64,000 bases of DNA from Octopus vulgaris (lineage: Eukaryota). Under the pieces are notes generated by a model. The model saw nothing but the letters and a program-made list of their open reading frames with translations, searched no databases and was not told the DNA's origin. The translations under genes were made by a program, and so were the position numbers. The stretch is from positions 64,294,001 to 64,358,000 of the forward strand of contig OX597819.1 of NCBI GenBank assembly GCA_951406725.2, written 5' to 3'. Shown here piece by piece: positions 1 through 12,830 of the stretch. Within the stretch, counting starts at the first letter, position 1. The number at the start of each line of letters is the position of its first letter.

Positions 1-19
1 GAAGACATAAAGACATTGT

Positions 20-141
20 TTATACATACATACATAAATATATATGTATGTATATACATATATATATATATATCTATATATAAACATACACATACATAGA
101 TATATATATATAGGTATATATATGTATACATATACATAATA

Positions 142-172
<31 letters not shown>

Positions 173-217
173 CATACATATATATATGTATATATATGTG
201 TATATATATATATGTAA

Positions 218-262
<45 letters not shown>

Positions 263-421
263 GGGATACATTATATTTCATTCACAGATATCTACCCACA
301 TACGCTCATGTGCACGCACATTCATTCACACACAAAATCGCTCGCAAATATGCATATATATGTTTCTATATATATATATATATATACATGCATATATATA
401 TATATATACATTCATACATAC

Positions 422-455
<34 letters not shown>

Positions 456-456
456 A
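20..456. repeat. Compound (TA)n/(TACA)n/(TG)n microsatellite tract
   Basis: Simple repeats seen directly; the YIYI/CVCV ORFs are artefacts. Confidence 0.95.
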
Positions 457-866
457 TCGTGATGCGTTGTTTATTTTTTTAGGAACAGCGATGACAGGAG
501 CGTAAAGAAAACACCTTCCACATTGTAAAATACACCACTTCAAACGTTGTTTATATGAGCGTCAACTCATATACTCTAAATAACCCCTTGGGGCATAGGA
601 CAGGTAAATGCTTATAAACAACGCCATTTTATTCTTATTCTTGCATATACTTGGAGGAATTGTTCATTAGCAGCTGCGCTTTATATTATATTGTTTGATG
701 TCAATCTTCTCTCAAAGCCTGATGGAGTATGGGAATAGATTTTCGGCACCTGTATTTGCTTTGATAAATGAATTATGTATTGTCCTAAAATAAAACCTTT
801 TTCGGTTCAGACGGATTTCTTTTTGACCTGGTAAGAGAGAGAGGTAATATGTACCTGAATATATAT

Positions 867-1011
867 AGGTGCAGGTGTGGCTGTGTGGTAAGAAGCTTTT
901 TACCCAAGCACATGCATGGCTCTGGGTTTACTCCCACTTCGTGGCATCTAGGGTGAGTGTAATCTATTCTAGCCTCGGGAGTGGATGTGGGAGACGGAAG
1001 CTGAAAGAAGC

Positions 1012-1096
<85 letters not shown>

Positions 1097-1330
1097 TGTG
1101 TACATGTGTGTGCGTATGTCTGTGTGTCTGTGTGTGCATATTTGTGTGTCTGTGTTTGTCACCCGAACATCGCTTGACAACCGATGCTCATGTGTATCTT
1201 AGCAGTTCGGTAAAGGAGACCGATAGAATAAGTAGAGGGCTTAGGAAATAAGTCCTGGGTCAATGTGCTCGCTCGACTAAAGACGGTGCTCCAGCATGGC
1301 CACATTTCAATGACTGAAGCAAATAAGACA
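867..1330 (+). mobile_element. tRNA-derived CORE-type SINE (family A) with internal (TA)n(TG)n microsatellite
   Basis: A-box TGGCTGTGTGG, B-box-like GGTTTACTCCC and a CORE-like segment, then a microsatellite, then a 3' half ending CGGTGCTCCAGCATGGCC...TGACTGAA. Colinear with several other copies in the window. Confidence 0.85.
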
Positions 1331-1365
1331 ATAAATGAATATCTTTCTACCTATCTATATACATA

Positions 1366-1413
<48 letters not shown>

Positions 1414-1539
1414 CATATATATATACATATATATATGTATATATATATATTTATATACAATATAGAAATAATATAGAAATATATATTCATGCATACACAT
1501 ATGTGTACCTACATATGTTTCTATATACATGCATATATG

Positions 1540-1722
1540 GGCCCAGGAGACACCACGGAACGTAAACAGCATGAAATAAACATAAAATACGAAAACAACA
1601 TGAAATACAACATGAAACGGAAGAAGCAAACGGAAAAGAAGACAAACAACACGAAAATATGACCATTCATCAGTTGTTGGCTGTTTTCTACTTCGTATTT
1701 CGAGCATTTTCATTGGCTGAGA
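1540..1722 (-). mobile_element. Fragment of a Penelope-like terminal repeat carrying the GAAA...CTGATGA 3' half of a permuted hammerhead-like motif
   Basis: Minus strand reads CTC-GAAAT-ACGAAGTAGAAAACAGCCAACAA-CTGATGA-ATGG then a T-rich tail, similar to 15760-15950 and 46071-46230. Fused upstream to a SINE A head fragment (1722-1757). Confidence 0.5.
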
Positions 1723-1750
1723 AGCAAGCTCCTTACACATAACCACTCTT

Positions 1751-1796
<46 letters not shown>

Positions 1797-1850
1797 GTGT
1801 ATGTGTGTGTGTGTGTGTGTGTGTGTATACAGAGAGAGTGAGGGAGAGAT

Positions 1851-2090
1851 ACTGGGGTTGGAGAAAGTAATGGAAACAGTTAATATCATAGCACCATAAT
1901 TTTGAAATACCGTCAAAAGCTTTTTTATTTTTATGCTTTTTGTGTTATTATTAGCATTACTTAATGTGTTTTATTAAACTTGCCGTTTCTTTTCAGATAT
2001 CATCTGTAAAAGGAATGTAAAATTCATAAAAATGACAGATCTATCGGACTATCAAAGAGGTCAAATTGTCGGTGCTCGTTTGGCAGGCGA
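1851..2090 (+). mobile_element. Tc1-like transposon left end and transposase N-terminus (relic)
   Basis: ATG at 2032 reads MTDLSDYQRGQIVGARLAG, a typical Tc1 paired-like HTH start. Upstream TA-CTGGGGTTGGAGAAAGTAATGGAAAC resembles a Tc1 TIR. Confidence 0.7.
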
Positions 2091-2639
2091 TATCAAGAAC
2101 CAGATGCTGTTTTAAGAACTTTGTGTAACAAAGTAATATCCAGAAACCCCTTCATTGATTTTTGGTTGTTTGTTCCCTTATATTTCCCTGCAGCACCACG
2201 TGTTTGAGTCTTCATCTTGCACAAACAAGACCTAATGAAGCCTATAATATACATTGCCGTGTCCTCTCTTCATAGTCTTACTAATCGGTTGAATGTGATT
2301 TGTCTTGATTCGTACCAGGCTCTTCTGAGATGCGTTACTTAGAGCAAATAACTTCTGAAAACTCATCAATGACGTTGGGCTTTCCAGGAAATAAAGAGCG
2401 GCGAACCTGAAGCTTCAGTTCAGGGAAACTAGGGATATTGGTTGTGAGATACCCGGCTGCTACGTTGCCTTTGTTGGGCAAACTCACATAAATCCTCAAA
2501 ACCAAGGTACTCTTCTATCACGGAGCTTTGTATATATGCACGTAATTCTATATGAAATAGACGATGATAAGTCATTTTTCCCGAATTTCAAACATATTTT
2601 AACGTGTCTGTTATCTTCTCAATAGTATTGTTGTAAATA

Positions 2640-3400
2640 AGGCATAGAACTGGCAGTTCGTTAACACGACGGGCAAAATGCTCAGTAGTATTTCGTCCGT
2701 CTTTATGCCTTGTTTTGAAATACCGCCGTGGTCGGCTGTACATTGCATAATTCTAGGAGATTGATAGCCTTCTACCAAAATTTGAAACCAATATCATTGC
2801 CCTAATCAAATGCGGTGAGGTGGCAGAATCGTTAGCACTTCTAACTTCGAAGGCGGCGAGCTGGCAGAAACGTTAGCACAGCTGGCGAAATGCCTAGCGG
2901 TATTTCGTCTCTCGTTACGTTCTGAGTTCAAATTCCGCCGAGGTCAACTTTACCTTTCATCCTTTCGACGTCGATAAACTAAATACCAGTTACGCACTGG
3001 GGGTCGATGTCATCGACTTAAACCGTTTGTCTGTCTTTGTTTTTCCTCTCTGTGTTTAGCCCCTTGTGGGTAGTAAAGAAATAGGTATTTTGTCTCTCTT
3101 TACGTTCTGAGGTGGAATTCCACCGGGGCCGACTTTGCCATTCATTCTTTCGGGGTCAATAAATTAAGCACCAGTTACTCACTGGGGTCGATATAATAGA
3201 TTTAATCCGTTTGTCTGTCCCCTTTATGTTTAGACTCTTGTGGGCAGTAAAGAAATAAAAATAGTTAGCAGTTCTGTCAACTTCGGCTTTCATTCTTAGA
3301 AGCTCAATATTATGAAGTACCTGTAAAGTATTGAGATGGATGTAATCGACTTACTGTCACCCCTTGCACTGTCGGTCTTGTTCCAAAATTTTAAAGCCTT
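2640..3400 (+). mobile_element. Cluster of Nin-domain-like tRNA-derived SINEs (family B), including a nested dimeric copy (2851-3260)
   Basis: Head GGCGGCGAGCTGGCAGAAACGTTAGCAC, B-box GAGTTCAAATTCC and the Nin-like domain GAGGTCAACTTTACCTTTCATCCTTTCG...GATAAA...TACCAG. The body is repeated twice. Confidence 0.85.
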
Positions 3401-3632
3401 ATAATTGTAATTTATTTATATAATATGAATTTCCTTCACATATCCTGTTTCTATTCATAAATAAATGAATGAAAACAGGCATAACTAGAATTACACACAT
3501 AAAAATATTGTACAAAAAAGTTTTAAAGAAATATGGAATCAGATCCTCTTAACATCATGCCCTAATGTTTGTGTGTTAAGGAAACTGATGCAAACAACGT
3601 ATTGTTGAAATAGAGCAGTTATGTCAATATTT

Positions 3633-3719
3633 CGCTCAAACATTTCGTAGAATAACAAAATATCGGAATAAATACGGTATAAACGTGAAGGATTTTGTTA
3701 CTTGACTTCCTCATTGCGA
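3633..3719 (-). ncRNA. Degenerate type I minimal hammerhead ribozyme-like motif
   Basis: Minus strand: ATGAGGA-A-GT..GTAACAAAAT/ATTTTGTTAT..AC-GAAAT-GTT. Stem II is 10 bp, stem III is loopless, C3 is mutated and stem I is weak. Confidence 0.45.
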
Positions 3720-3864
3720 TGAAATGATACCGACGTTTAAAAATATCTGTGTCGATCTAATTAGATATATATTGTTCTACTTATAAATATGTCCCTATAA
3801 GAGGTTAGCGATTCAAACAAGAAACACAGGACTCAAAACACAACTATATATAATATAATACAAT

Positions 3865-3923
<59 letters not shown>

Positions 3924-5359
3924 TTAACGTAAAACCTCTATTATGTAATTCAAACAATGTTAGACATAAACCATATCATATAGAAAAAATAAAATATATT
4001 ATAAAACATATATCTAGATCACAAAAAGTACAAGAAATGAATAAACATTGTATAATAAGTATAAAGACTACGTAAAAATACTCCCTAATATATATGTGTG
4101 TGTGTGTATATATATTTAGCAGAGGCAACAGAGTGATTCGAGGCCCGAGAAATTCGTTCACTTATGAAACTATCCTTATGCCGACTATTAATGTTTACTA
4201 GAGGCAAAATAGTGTAACACGAAAGAATTTTTGATGCTTTAGTAATTCAATTTAGTAATTCGTATTTGCTTGTGTACAAAAGATTCGCTTACTGACATCT
4301 TATCTTACACATCGTTTTCTAAAACAGTAGGGTTGAGATTTCAGTAACAACAACTACAATAACTACCACGATGGCGGCACCGTGGGAGAATACAGAAACA
4401 CAAAGAAATTCAGGAATCGTACCAAATTTTCGGGTCCTAGGACAGCCGCAGTGACAACGGGGTTCGAGGATGGGGCTGAGTGGAAGTCATACTGCCATTA
4501 AACAATGACACACATACAAGCATAAACATATACATACACATGGATACACAAACGCACATACAAACACGGTCGCAAACGAATGCACTCATAAGGATACACA
4601 TCATAGAAGAACAGAATGAAATAAGTGGGGCAAGAGCCCACACAAAGACGAAGTGCCGCTGAAGAGGTTACAAATGAGCTACGAATGATTTCAATGAGAT
4701 TTTGCTGATATTCCTCATAGATTAGTAAACATATCTTTTAAAACTCACCCAATAAACGTAGATCGCATCGCGTTGGATAAACTGTATTCCTTGTACATAA
4801 GAAATAATACGTTTAATTGTAAATCCGCAACATTATAGGAAACAGAGGCTAACCATATAACATCAGCTAGCGGGAATTCTCGAATTTATCCACTACAGAA
4901 TCAACGCAACAATGAAAGATATATACCTATCCTATATGGTGCCCGCTTCGTAAGCAAAAACAACGTTACTTTGAGATTTCTACAGAAATATTGGCATACA
5001 AAAAGCTGTACAATTTGAATGATTAGAAGAGAGAAGAGAACTACACCCTTAATATTTATCGGAAAACTATTGTGCTTATGTGATCTCATATCCACCCTTT
5101 AGGATTAATACTAAGGATTCATTCTCAGAAACATCTATGACCCACCATCTTAGAAAACATTCAGAACTCAAACAGGGAAATATTAGAAGGTGACTTTATG
5201 AGCAGAAATTCGATTCCATAACGTATCCCTGCCAATATTTGCATTAGGGAATGACATAGATGTAGATATATGCGTCCGACATGATTCAAACACGGCTGAC
5301 ATTAATCTTTGGTAAATACATTTTTCCTTCCTCCCGGAAAATATTAAACATTTTCATTA

Positions 5360-5740
5360 TTACACAAATACTAGAACTGGGCGCCACTGCATATTGCCAA
5401 AGGCACCAAATTTGCCATCAAGATGTAAGACAAAATACTGTGATAGCTTGGGCTTCAGATGTCCCCCGCTCTTCAATATCCCCCCGAAGGACCTGAGAGA
5501 CCTGCATGGGGTGGATGCAGATGTCTTTAAATTAAAGCTGGACCTCTTCCTGTCAGGTGTCCCAGATGAACCAACTTCACGGCAGGAGGTGTAGATGAGA
5601 GCAGCTGCATCAAACACTCTCATGCACCAAATGTCAATTGCTAAAAAGCATTCGTGGAGTAAAATCATGTAGCAACAACGAATTGCGGTGCCCCAGCATG
5701 GCTACAGCTCGTGAGCTGAAACTAGATAAAATAAAATAAT
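5360..5740 (+). mobile_element. 5'-truncated copy of the CR1-clade LINE (3' end of ORF2 plus 3' UTR)
   Basis: Encodes YCDSLGFRCPPLFNIPPKDLRDLHGVDADVFKLKLDLFLSGVPDEPTSRQEV, nearly identical to the C-terminus of 38489-39295. Ends CAGCTCGTGAGCTGAAAC plus (AAAAT)n. Confidence 0.92.
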
Positions 5741-6994
5741 TTTTGATTTGTTCCGTTTTTTTTGCCAACATATATTCCAACAGAGCTTATATATACATTC
5801 CGTACAAAAAGGGCTCTCTGCTTCCGACTGTCACGTCTGAAAACTCGTCAACAGTTCCTAGTGTAATATTCGGCACGAAACCTACGGTAACCCAATAATC
5901 TTTTATATGGTTTAATCTGCAATATACTGCTCAGTGATGAAATACTTCAATCTACTGGATTATAATTTTCTATATCAGTCGTTTGTTGCTCTCATTGGAT
6001 CTCATGTCAGATGTGTTCCCATATACATATATTCAGAGGTGTTCAAGATTCGACAGCAAATTGTCTTTATATAGAAACAATTCAAGCCGAACTACATTAG
6101 GCAGGCTCAAGTTCTATACCAGGCTAATATTTTACGAACATGGAGAAAATAAGGTGCGAGTAGGTGGACGTGTATTTAAGAAGGCTGCCTCATAAAGACA
6201 TGTTCCGGTCTTAGTCTACCGTGTAACTGAGATAAGTGTATGTTATTATAACTCCTACGTTACCAATGCTTATAAAAATATAATTGGTAACCGCAAATTG
6301 TACTAAATCTCATCAGATAAAATCACACACACAAGTACATACACAGGAGCAGAGACATGTACATAAATGTGTATATAGATATGCATGTATTTCCTTTCCA
6401 CGTGGCTCAGCAAAAGTTGTTGTTGGTTTGCGTCCCACATTACTGTAATATAAAATTTCGGCGAAAAGAAGCTGAAAGAATAAAATACCAACTTGAAAAT
6501 ACATTTTGGTTTCAATTTCTTTGACTTAAGCCACCAAGGTGATGCACCAGCAAGATCCTAGTCAATAAATCATAAAACAAAAAGTAACAAATAACGAAAC
6601 TTATGCAATTCTGAGGACTTTCAGGTCAATTCCGTTTAACTTGTTAATTGTTTGATATTAACATTAATTGTCAATACCCAACTAAATATTGTGGTGCTTT
6701 ATAGCGGAGTTAGATTTATATTTTCATATTGTTGTAATTTGATAGGTTGACATGTTCGTCAATAACCTCGAATTGCGCTTTTTTTCTCTCTAATGAGTCG
6801 AATCTGTGTAGCTGGTCCTTTGTAGAGAAGTGTTGTTTATTAATGGTCAATCGTTGTTGTAATCATGAATATTTTCATTATGTGGAAATTATGAATGTTT
6901 TTTTCATGAATATTATATTTTTCCATAATTTTGCAAAGGTAGAAATCATTATAATATTTCACCACCATACTAAGAAGTTGTTTTTAACACTGTA

Positions 6995-7252
6995 ATTAAT
7001 ATCATTATTATTCTTATCATTATCATTATAGTTGTTATTGTTGTTATTATTAATATTATTATTATTATTACTATTATTATTATTACCATCTCCCTCCTCC
7101 TCCTTCTCATCATCATCATCATCATTAACACTGCATCATCAATTTTAATTTATTGTTCTGTTTCCTTTTCTTTTTGGTCATTGTTATAACGAATGTGATT
7201 GTTATATCAACAATAAGAATATGTTACTTCTATTATCATTATTATTATTATT

Positions 7253-7284
<32 letters not shown>

Positions 7285-7350
7285 TATTATTATTAGTTTT
7301 TATAATAATAATATTAGCGACGATAATATAAACAAGAACAATAATAATAT
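6995..7350. repeat. Degenerate (ATT)n/(CAT)n/(GTT)n trinucleotide tract
   Basis: Seen directly. Confidence 0.85.
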
Positions 7351-8064
7351 TTTAGAATAATTGCCACGACATTACAACAATGGGTATTAGTAGCAATAAT
7401 CTCCTTTCTGTATTAACATTACTTAAAATCTCCAATACTAAACATTTAACAATGCATCCATTTTGTTGTTTTGCGAAATTATATTTTTTTCTTCTGTTAG
7501 TTATTTTCATATTTCAATTTCTCCATTTCTATTTTCCTCTCCTTCTGGAGAGCTTTCTTTCTATTCTCGCTTTTCATTAGAATTCTGAGATTAAATCTAT
7601 TGCAGATGTCTTCGGGCATTAGAAAAACCCTCAGGCAATTAATTTCTATTAAGTCTTTGTTGTTATTGCGCCGCATCTCCTTCATCAGCACTACTAACGC
7701 CGCACTTAAAAAACATTATTTGATGTTTTTCAAAATCATACAATCCAGTGAAAGAACAGACGAACGTATACAGATATATACAGACGCATATACAATCTCA
7801 TACATATACATAAACACACAATCACAGCCATAAATATACATATGCACATGAAAGTATTACGCATACTATAAAAGAAATGAAATAGGGAAAAGGCTTAGAT
7901 TCAGATAAACGGATGAATTCACATACGCGCATGTACATCCTTATATATGTGTGTCTCATATATATGTGTCTCTCGCTGTTTATAAGCATATGTATATCTA
8001 CACACACACATACACACATACACCAAACACACCCACACACACATATATGTATATATGTATAAAG

Positions 8065-8300
8065 TTGAAATTTATAGAAAAATAAAAGACGAAGGCTGGT
8101 GCATGAACAAGTAATTGTATTAGTTTGACGCACGGGAAAATGAAAAAATCTTTTACATTTCGAGCCTACGTTCTTCAACAGAATGGAATAAGAGAAAATA
8201 AACCCGTAGATAAAATAAATCTGAAAATAAACCTTGGAGATTTCAGCGGTCCTTTATGGTCCTTATCTATATAAGGGGGTGAGGTTGTATGTAGGATACA
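8065..8300 (-). mobile_element. Non-coding repeat (Penelope-like terminal) with a minimal hammerhead-like motif, copy 1
   Basis: Homologous to 9460-9910. Minus strand 8149-8186 reads CTGTTGA-A-GAAC-GTAG-GCTC-GAAAT-GTA. Confidence 0.6.
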
Positions 8301-9252
8301 CATAAAACACATACATGCGGATGTGTGCAAGTATGTTTATGAAGGCGTTGAATTGGCTACATCATCAAACAATTGAATAAAATTCATTGCTGGGTACAGT
8401 TCGCTTGAAAGCACTCCGATCTGAAACTCTGTGTTAGTCAGCCATGCTGTCAATCGTCTAGAAATCAATAATAAAAAGGCAATAGAAGAGATCGCTTCTT
8501 CTTTTCCTTCACATAAAACAAAAGGAACTTTGCTGCAGGCGCCAGTACGGCAGATCATCGTGTTATAGTTGTTTGTGGGTTCGAAATACCAATTCCAAAA
8601 ACATAGCCACAACAATGTGCATCTGCGATACAAATGGACTGTAAATATGCATTCTTAAATAAACATACACATTTCTTTTTTGCCTATGCATAATATCTCT
8701 AATAAATTTATCTGACAGCATCAGCATCACAGATCAGTGGCTTTGAGCTGGTCTATGCAAAGAAATGGTATCTATGAAAAGGAGAAGATTACTAACAAAC
8801 ACACACACCTGGGAAACAATGAAAAGCATTATCAAACTCAGAATCACATTAAACCTTCGAGTATATTTGGGGAAAAGCTCGGCAGAAATTAGAAGGTCGA
8901 ACAAAGTACATTTCAATAATATGGGGTACGTAGAAATCACGTCTGCTATAGAAGAATTAATATATACAGCATGTTATAATACACGCAATGTCGGATAATG
9001 GTTGCCAGTGGCCTGTCAGTCTGTCTGTCCGTGAATCTGCATGTGTATGTGCGTGTGTGTGTCTTTGTGTGTGCGTATGTACATATTTTCACTTTGCTTT
9101 TCTGTTAATATTTTCACTGTAATCTCAAGAGAAAATGACACCAGAGCTGAGAGATTGTAGAAACTAAGCATATTATTAAAATCAGTCTAGATAGCATCTC
9201 CAACTTATGAAAGCATTATTAGCTCTTAAATATGTACTGTGTACTTTAAGTA

Positions 9253-9328
<76 letters not shown>

Positions 9329-9459
9329 ACATATACATATATGCATATATATATATATATATATATACATACGCATATGCATGCATATAAATACATATGC
9401 ACACATATATATATGCATACATGTAAATGCATACATAGGCATATATATATATATATATA

Positions 9460-9915
9460 ACGGGAAGCTTTATGAAAATAAACAAAAGACGAAGGCAGGT
9501 GGAAAACAAACGAACAATTGTATTAGTATGGCGCTCAGGAAATATAAATAAAACAAGTCTTTAACGTTTCGAGCCTACGCTCTTCAACAGAAAGATACAC
9601 AGAGAGAGAAAAACACAGAAAGAAGGAGAGAAAAAATGCGTGCAGTAGCTAACGAATCAACATGGCGATCTGATTTCGGCCAGAGGTCAAAGATCAAACA
9701 TGAGACGCGAGAGCGAAATAAGGGGAGATAATAGGGTTGATAAAAGGGTTGAGGGACCAGCTAATAGTGCGTAGGAGGGGTCTGGATGTGTGTATGTATA
9801 GGGTTGGTGTATGTATTAGTATGTATAAGGGTGTGTGTATGAGAGAGTATTAGTGCGTAGGATTGGTCTGGACGTGCGTATGTATGGGGTTGGTGTATGT
9901 ATTAGTATGTATTAG
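9460..9915 (-). mobile_element. Non-coding repeat (Penelope-like terminal) with a minimal hammerhead-like motif, copy 2; internal ~85-bp tandem duplication
   Basis: Homologous to 8065-8300. Tandem TAGTGCGTAGGA...GGTTGGTGTATGTATTAGTATGT units start at ~9764 and ~9851. Confidence 0.6.
9558..9595 (-). ncRNA. Minimal type I hammerhead-like motif with a non-canonical CUGUUGA box
   Basis: TCTTT-CTGTTGA-A-GAGC-GTAG-GCTC-GAAAC-GTT-AAAGA: perfect stems I and II and a palindromic loopless stem III (AC|GT). Confidence 0.6.
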
Positions 9916-9969
9916 TATGTATTATATATATATATATATATAAATATGCACACAGATAAATATACAAAC

Positions 9970-10002
<33 letters not shown>

Positions 10003-10081
10003 AATATACATATATGAACACATACATTTAGATATTTTTACATGAATTTATATATCTATGTATGTATGTATCTGTCTATAT

Positions 10082-10120
<39 letters not shown>

Positions 10121-10824
10121 GTATATATATATATACGTAAAGACATACACACGAAAATATATATCGTATAACATTTTATTATAGCAGAATAAATGAGTAT
10201 TTCGGCATGTTATAATTTATAATAAATTTAATACACTCTTAGTTTTCATTCAGTTCAATTATTAAACCTTTGGACTATTTTATTATATGGGATTCTCTAC
10301 CATCGGCATATTAAACTACAATCTATAACAATTTCAATCTAACATTACAATCTATAACAATTTCTGAAGATTGCAATATTCAAAAAAATTATCACGAATA
10401 TTTTGAAGCATTCGTAATCATAACTATATTGTTACATTAGATTACATAGTAATTTTGCTGTATTAATTTATAGAAATGTTGTCGTAGTTTGAAGTTTTAT
10501 TTAATTTTGGAATTGATTGCTGATTCTTACATCATATTGTATACGTTGCCCGATAGATTGTAGTGCGTAATTATTCCATTGTGTTGCATCTAGTAACTAA
10601 TTCCTATTCTTTATACTTTTTTCGTCCAAAATGGATTGTTGAATGGAGTAATATTCCCATAGAGCTAGCGACGAAACGTACATTTATGAAAAAGGGGAAA
10701 TTGATCTTCACAACACTGTGCATGTTCGTGAGGCAAACGTATACTTTACTAAATACCTCCACACTCAGTCCTCGATACCGTCGCTCTGTCTTCATATTTA
10801 CTGTTAATGAGTGGTTTCTGAGGA

Positions 10825-10870
<46 letters not shown>

Positions 10871-10961
10871 CTGTGGACGCCGTTAACATGGTCAAAATAT
10901 TGCAGTTTGCTTTTGAGAAAATTAATATTAAGGAAAATAATTGCTAATATTGTTAATAATC

Positions 10962-11150
10962 CTTTTACTATAGGCACAAGGCTTGAAATTTGGGGAAGGA
11001 GGGGTCAGTCAATTATATCGACCCTACTACGCAACTGTCGACCTAAAAACGAAGGAAAGGCAAAATCAACCTCAGCAGAATTTCAGCTCAAAATGTAGTG
11101 AAATACCACTAAGCATTATCGTACTAAAGATTCTGCCAGCTCACCGCCCT
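10962..11150 (-). mobile_element. SINE family B (Nin-like), degenerate
   Basis: Reverse complement begins GGGCGGTGAGCTGGCAGAATCTTTAGTAC and contains GAGGTTGATTTTGCCTTTCCTTC. Confidence 0.75.
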
Positions 11151-11314
11151 AAATATTGTTAATAATAATTATTAATATCATCATCCTGTTTTCAGTATGT
11201 CCTCTGGGATGGAAGGAGATATGAATCTGGACGGGATATGAATTATTTGAAATTGAATTTCTCTACAACTGATCAGTGATGTTCTTCGAACGCGGCTAAA
11301 AGGTAAATATTTAA

Positions 11315-11532
11315 CCCATTAGAGCCCATTTTTTAAAACTTGATTTGTTACCAAAAACTTTTATCATACAACTTTATCTGATACTAAATATACAATCAAA
11401 ATTCTATGACACTATTTGAAAGACACTCCAATCTTGATGATTAACTAAAGATATCTCAGAAAAATCCAGGCGTTGCAGAAATATGATGGATTATTCTTCT
11501 GGTCCTAAAAATGAACAGTGGGCGCAAATGGA
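11315..11532. mobile_element. piggyBac-like MITE (degenerate)
   Basis: TTAA|CCCATTAGAGCCCA ... TGGGCGCAAATGGA|TTAG: imperfect ~14-bp TIRs with TTAA-like flanks. Confidence 0.5.
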
Positions 11533-12637
11533 TTAGGAGAAAAGGTTTGAGATGTACAGAAGTGAATGAGAGAAATGGGGATATGGTGGAGTTGGAAAGG
11601 AAGAGAGGGAGGGCAAGAAAGAGTGGATTGTGAAAAATATATTTTAGAGACAAAAGCCAATCGAAGCTAAAGAAATACTAAGAAATAGTCTGGTGTTCAA
11701 ACATTAGTCACACCGGTCAAGCTTTTTAGCGAATTAAATCGATATCAATTTATGATGGTGTTTTACTTTAGAGATAATAAAAACAACGAAGGCAATATTT
11801 ACTTTGGTAGGAATTGAACAAATAATGTGAAAGCAATAACTTCTACAATTTCTTTTGCATGACCCCTACATGACTGAACCAGTCCATCCCCTTTAACTCG
11901 AGAGAATATTAGTGAAAATAATGTTAATAATTACTGACATTGTTAATAATAATTAGTAATAATATGAAACTTAGACATACTTACGTTATTATTAGCACCA
12001 ATATTATTATTGTTATTAATTATTTATGTCATTCCTAATATTATGAACATCAGTATGAATAAATATTAGTATTGTTCTTAATATCATTGATATCATTAAT
12101 TATTAAGTGTTGCTAATTATGAAAATAACTAATAATTAATATATGAAATGATTCATTCACTTAATTATGAGAAATAATAAGACCACCTGAGGATAGTAGC
12201 TTACACGATTATATTTCTCATAAATTGCAGTGGAAATGAATAAGATAAAAAGATTCGTTCGTTTAAGAAATTTTCACATAAGATTTCGCAGTCATTACTC
12301 CAATTATCAGAAGTCGATCTTAAGAAGTCGCACACAGTCTGTAGTTAAAAAAACAAAACTATAAATTAGATTCAGACAAATAACTTCATATTGTTCTTCT
12401 ATCTGTCAATATGTACTTAGACTGCCACTCTGCAAAGTAAATTCAACACATTCGTCTATGCCTGTACGTAACATATTTTATTATAGAGGTATAAGATATT
12501 TTGTATTCCACAGGCTCTCTGCAAACTTTATCGCGCTCAAGTTGTTTGTGATTTTTTTTTCAAAAATACATAATTAATCTTATGCCATAGGGTTGACTTC
12601 TGGCTGTAATTTTAGGATTATTATATTGCATATTTTA

Positions 12638-12830
12638 AGACAGCGAGCTGGTTTGCGCCTCGGGCAAAATACTAAACAGAGTTTCTTTCTGGTTTTGCGA
12701 TATCGAATCCCGTCGAGTTGAAATTTATCTTTCCTCCTCTCAGCGTCGTAAACATTTGTACCTTTTGAGTTCTAAGTCCGATGTAATCAACGTTGGCCTT
12801 CCCGCAAAATCGCTGGCTTTGTGCGCAGAT
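12638..12830 (+). mobile_element. SINE family B, highly degenerate
   Basis: GACAGCGAGCTGG...CGGGCAAAATAC...GTCGAGTTGAAATTTATCTTTCCTCC...GATGTAATCAAC is colinear with family B. Confidence 0.55.

Noticed and set aside
2100-2600. Possible old RTE RT C-terminus on the minus strand
   Set aside because: Only vague similarity; too degraded to support.
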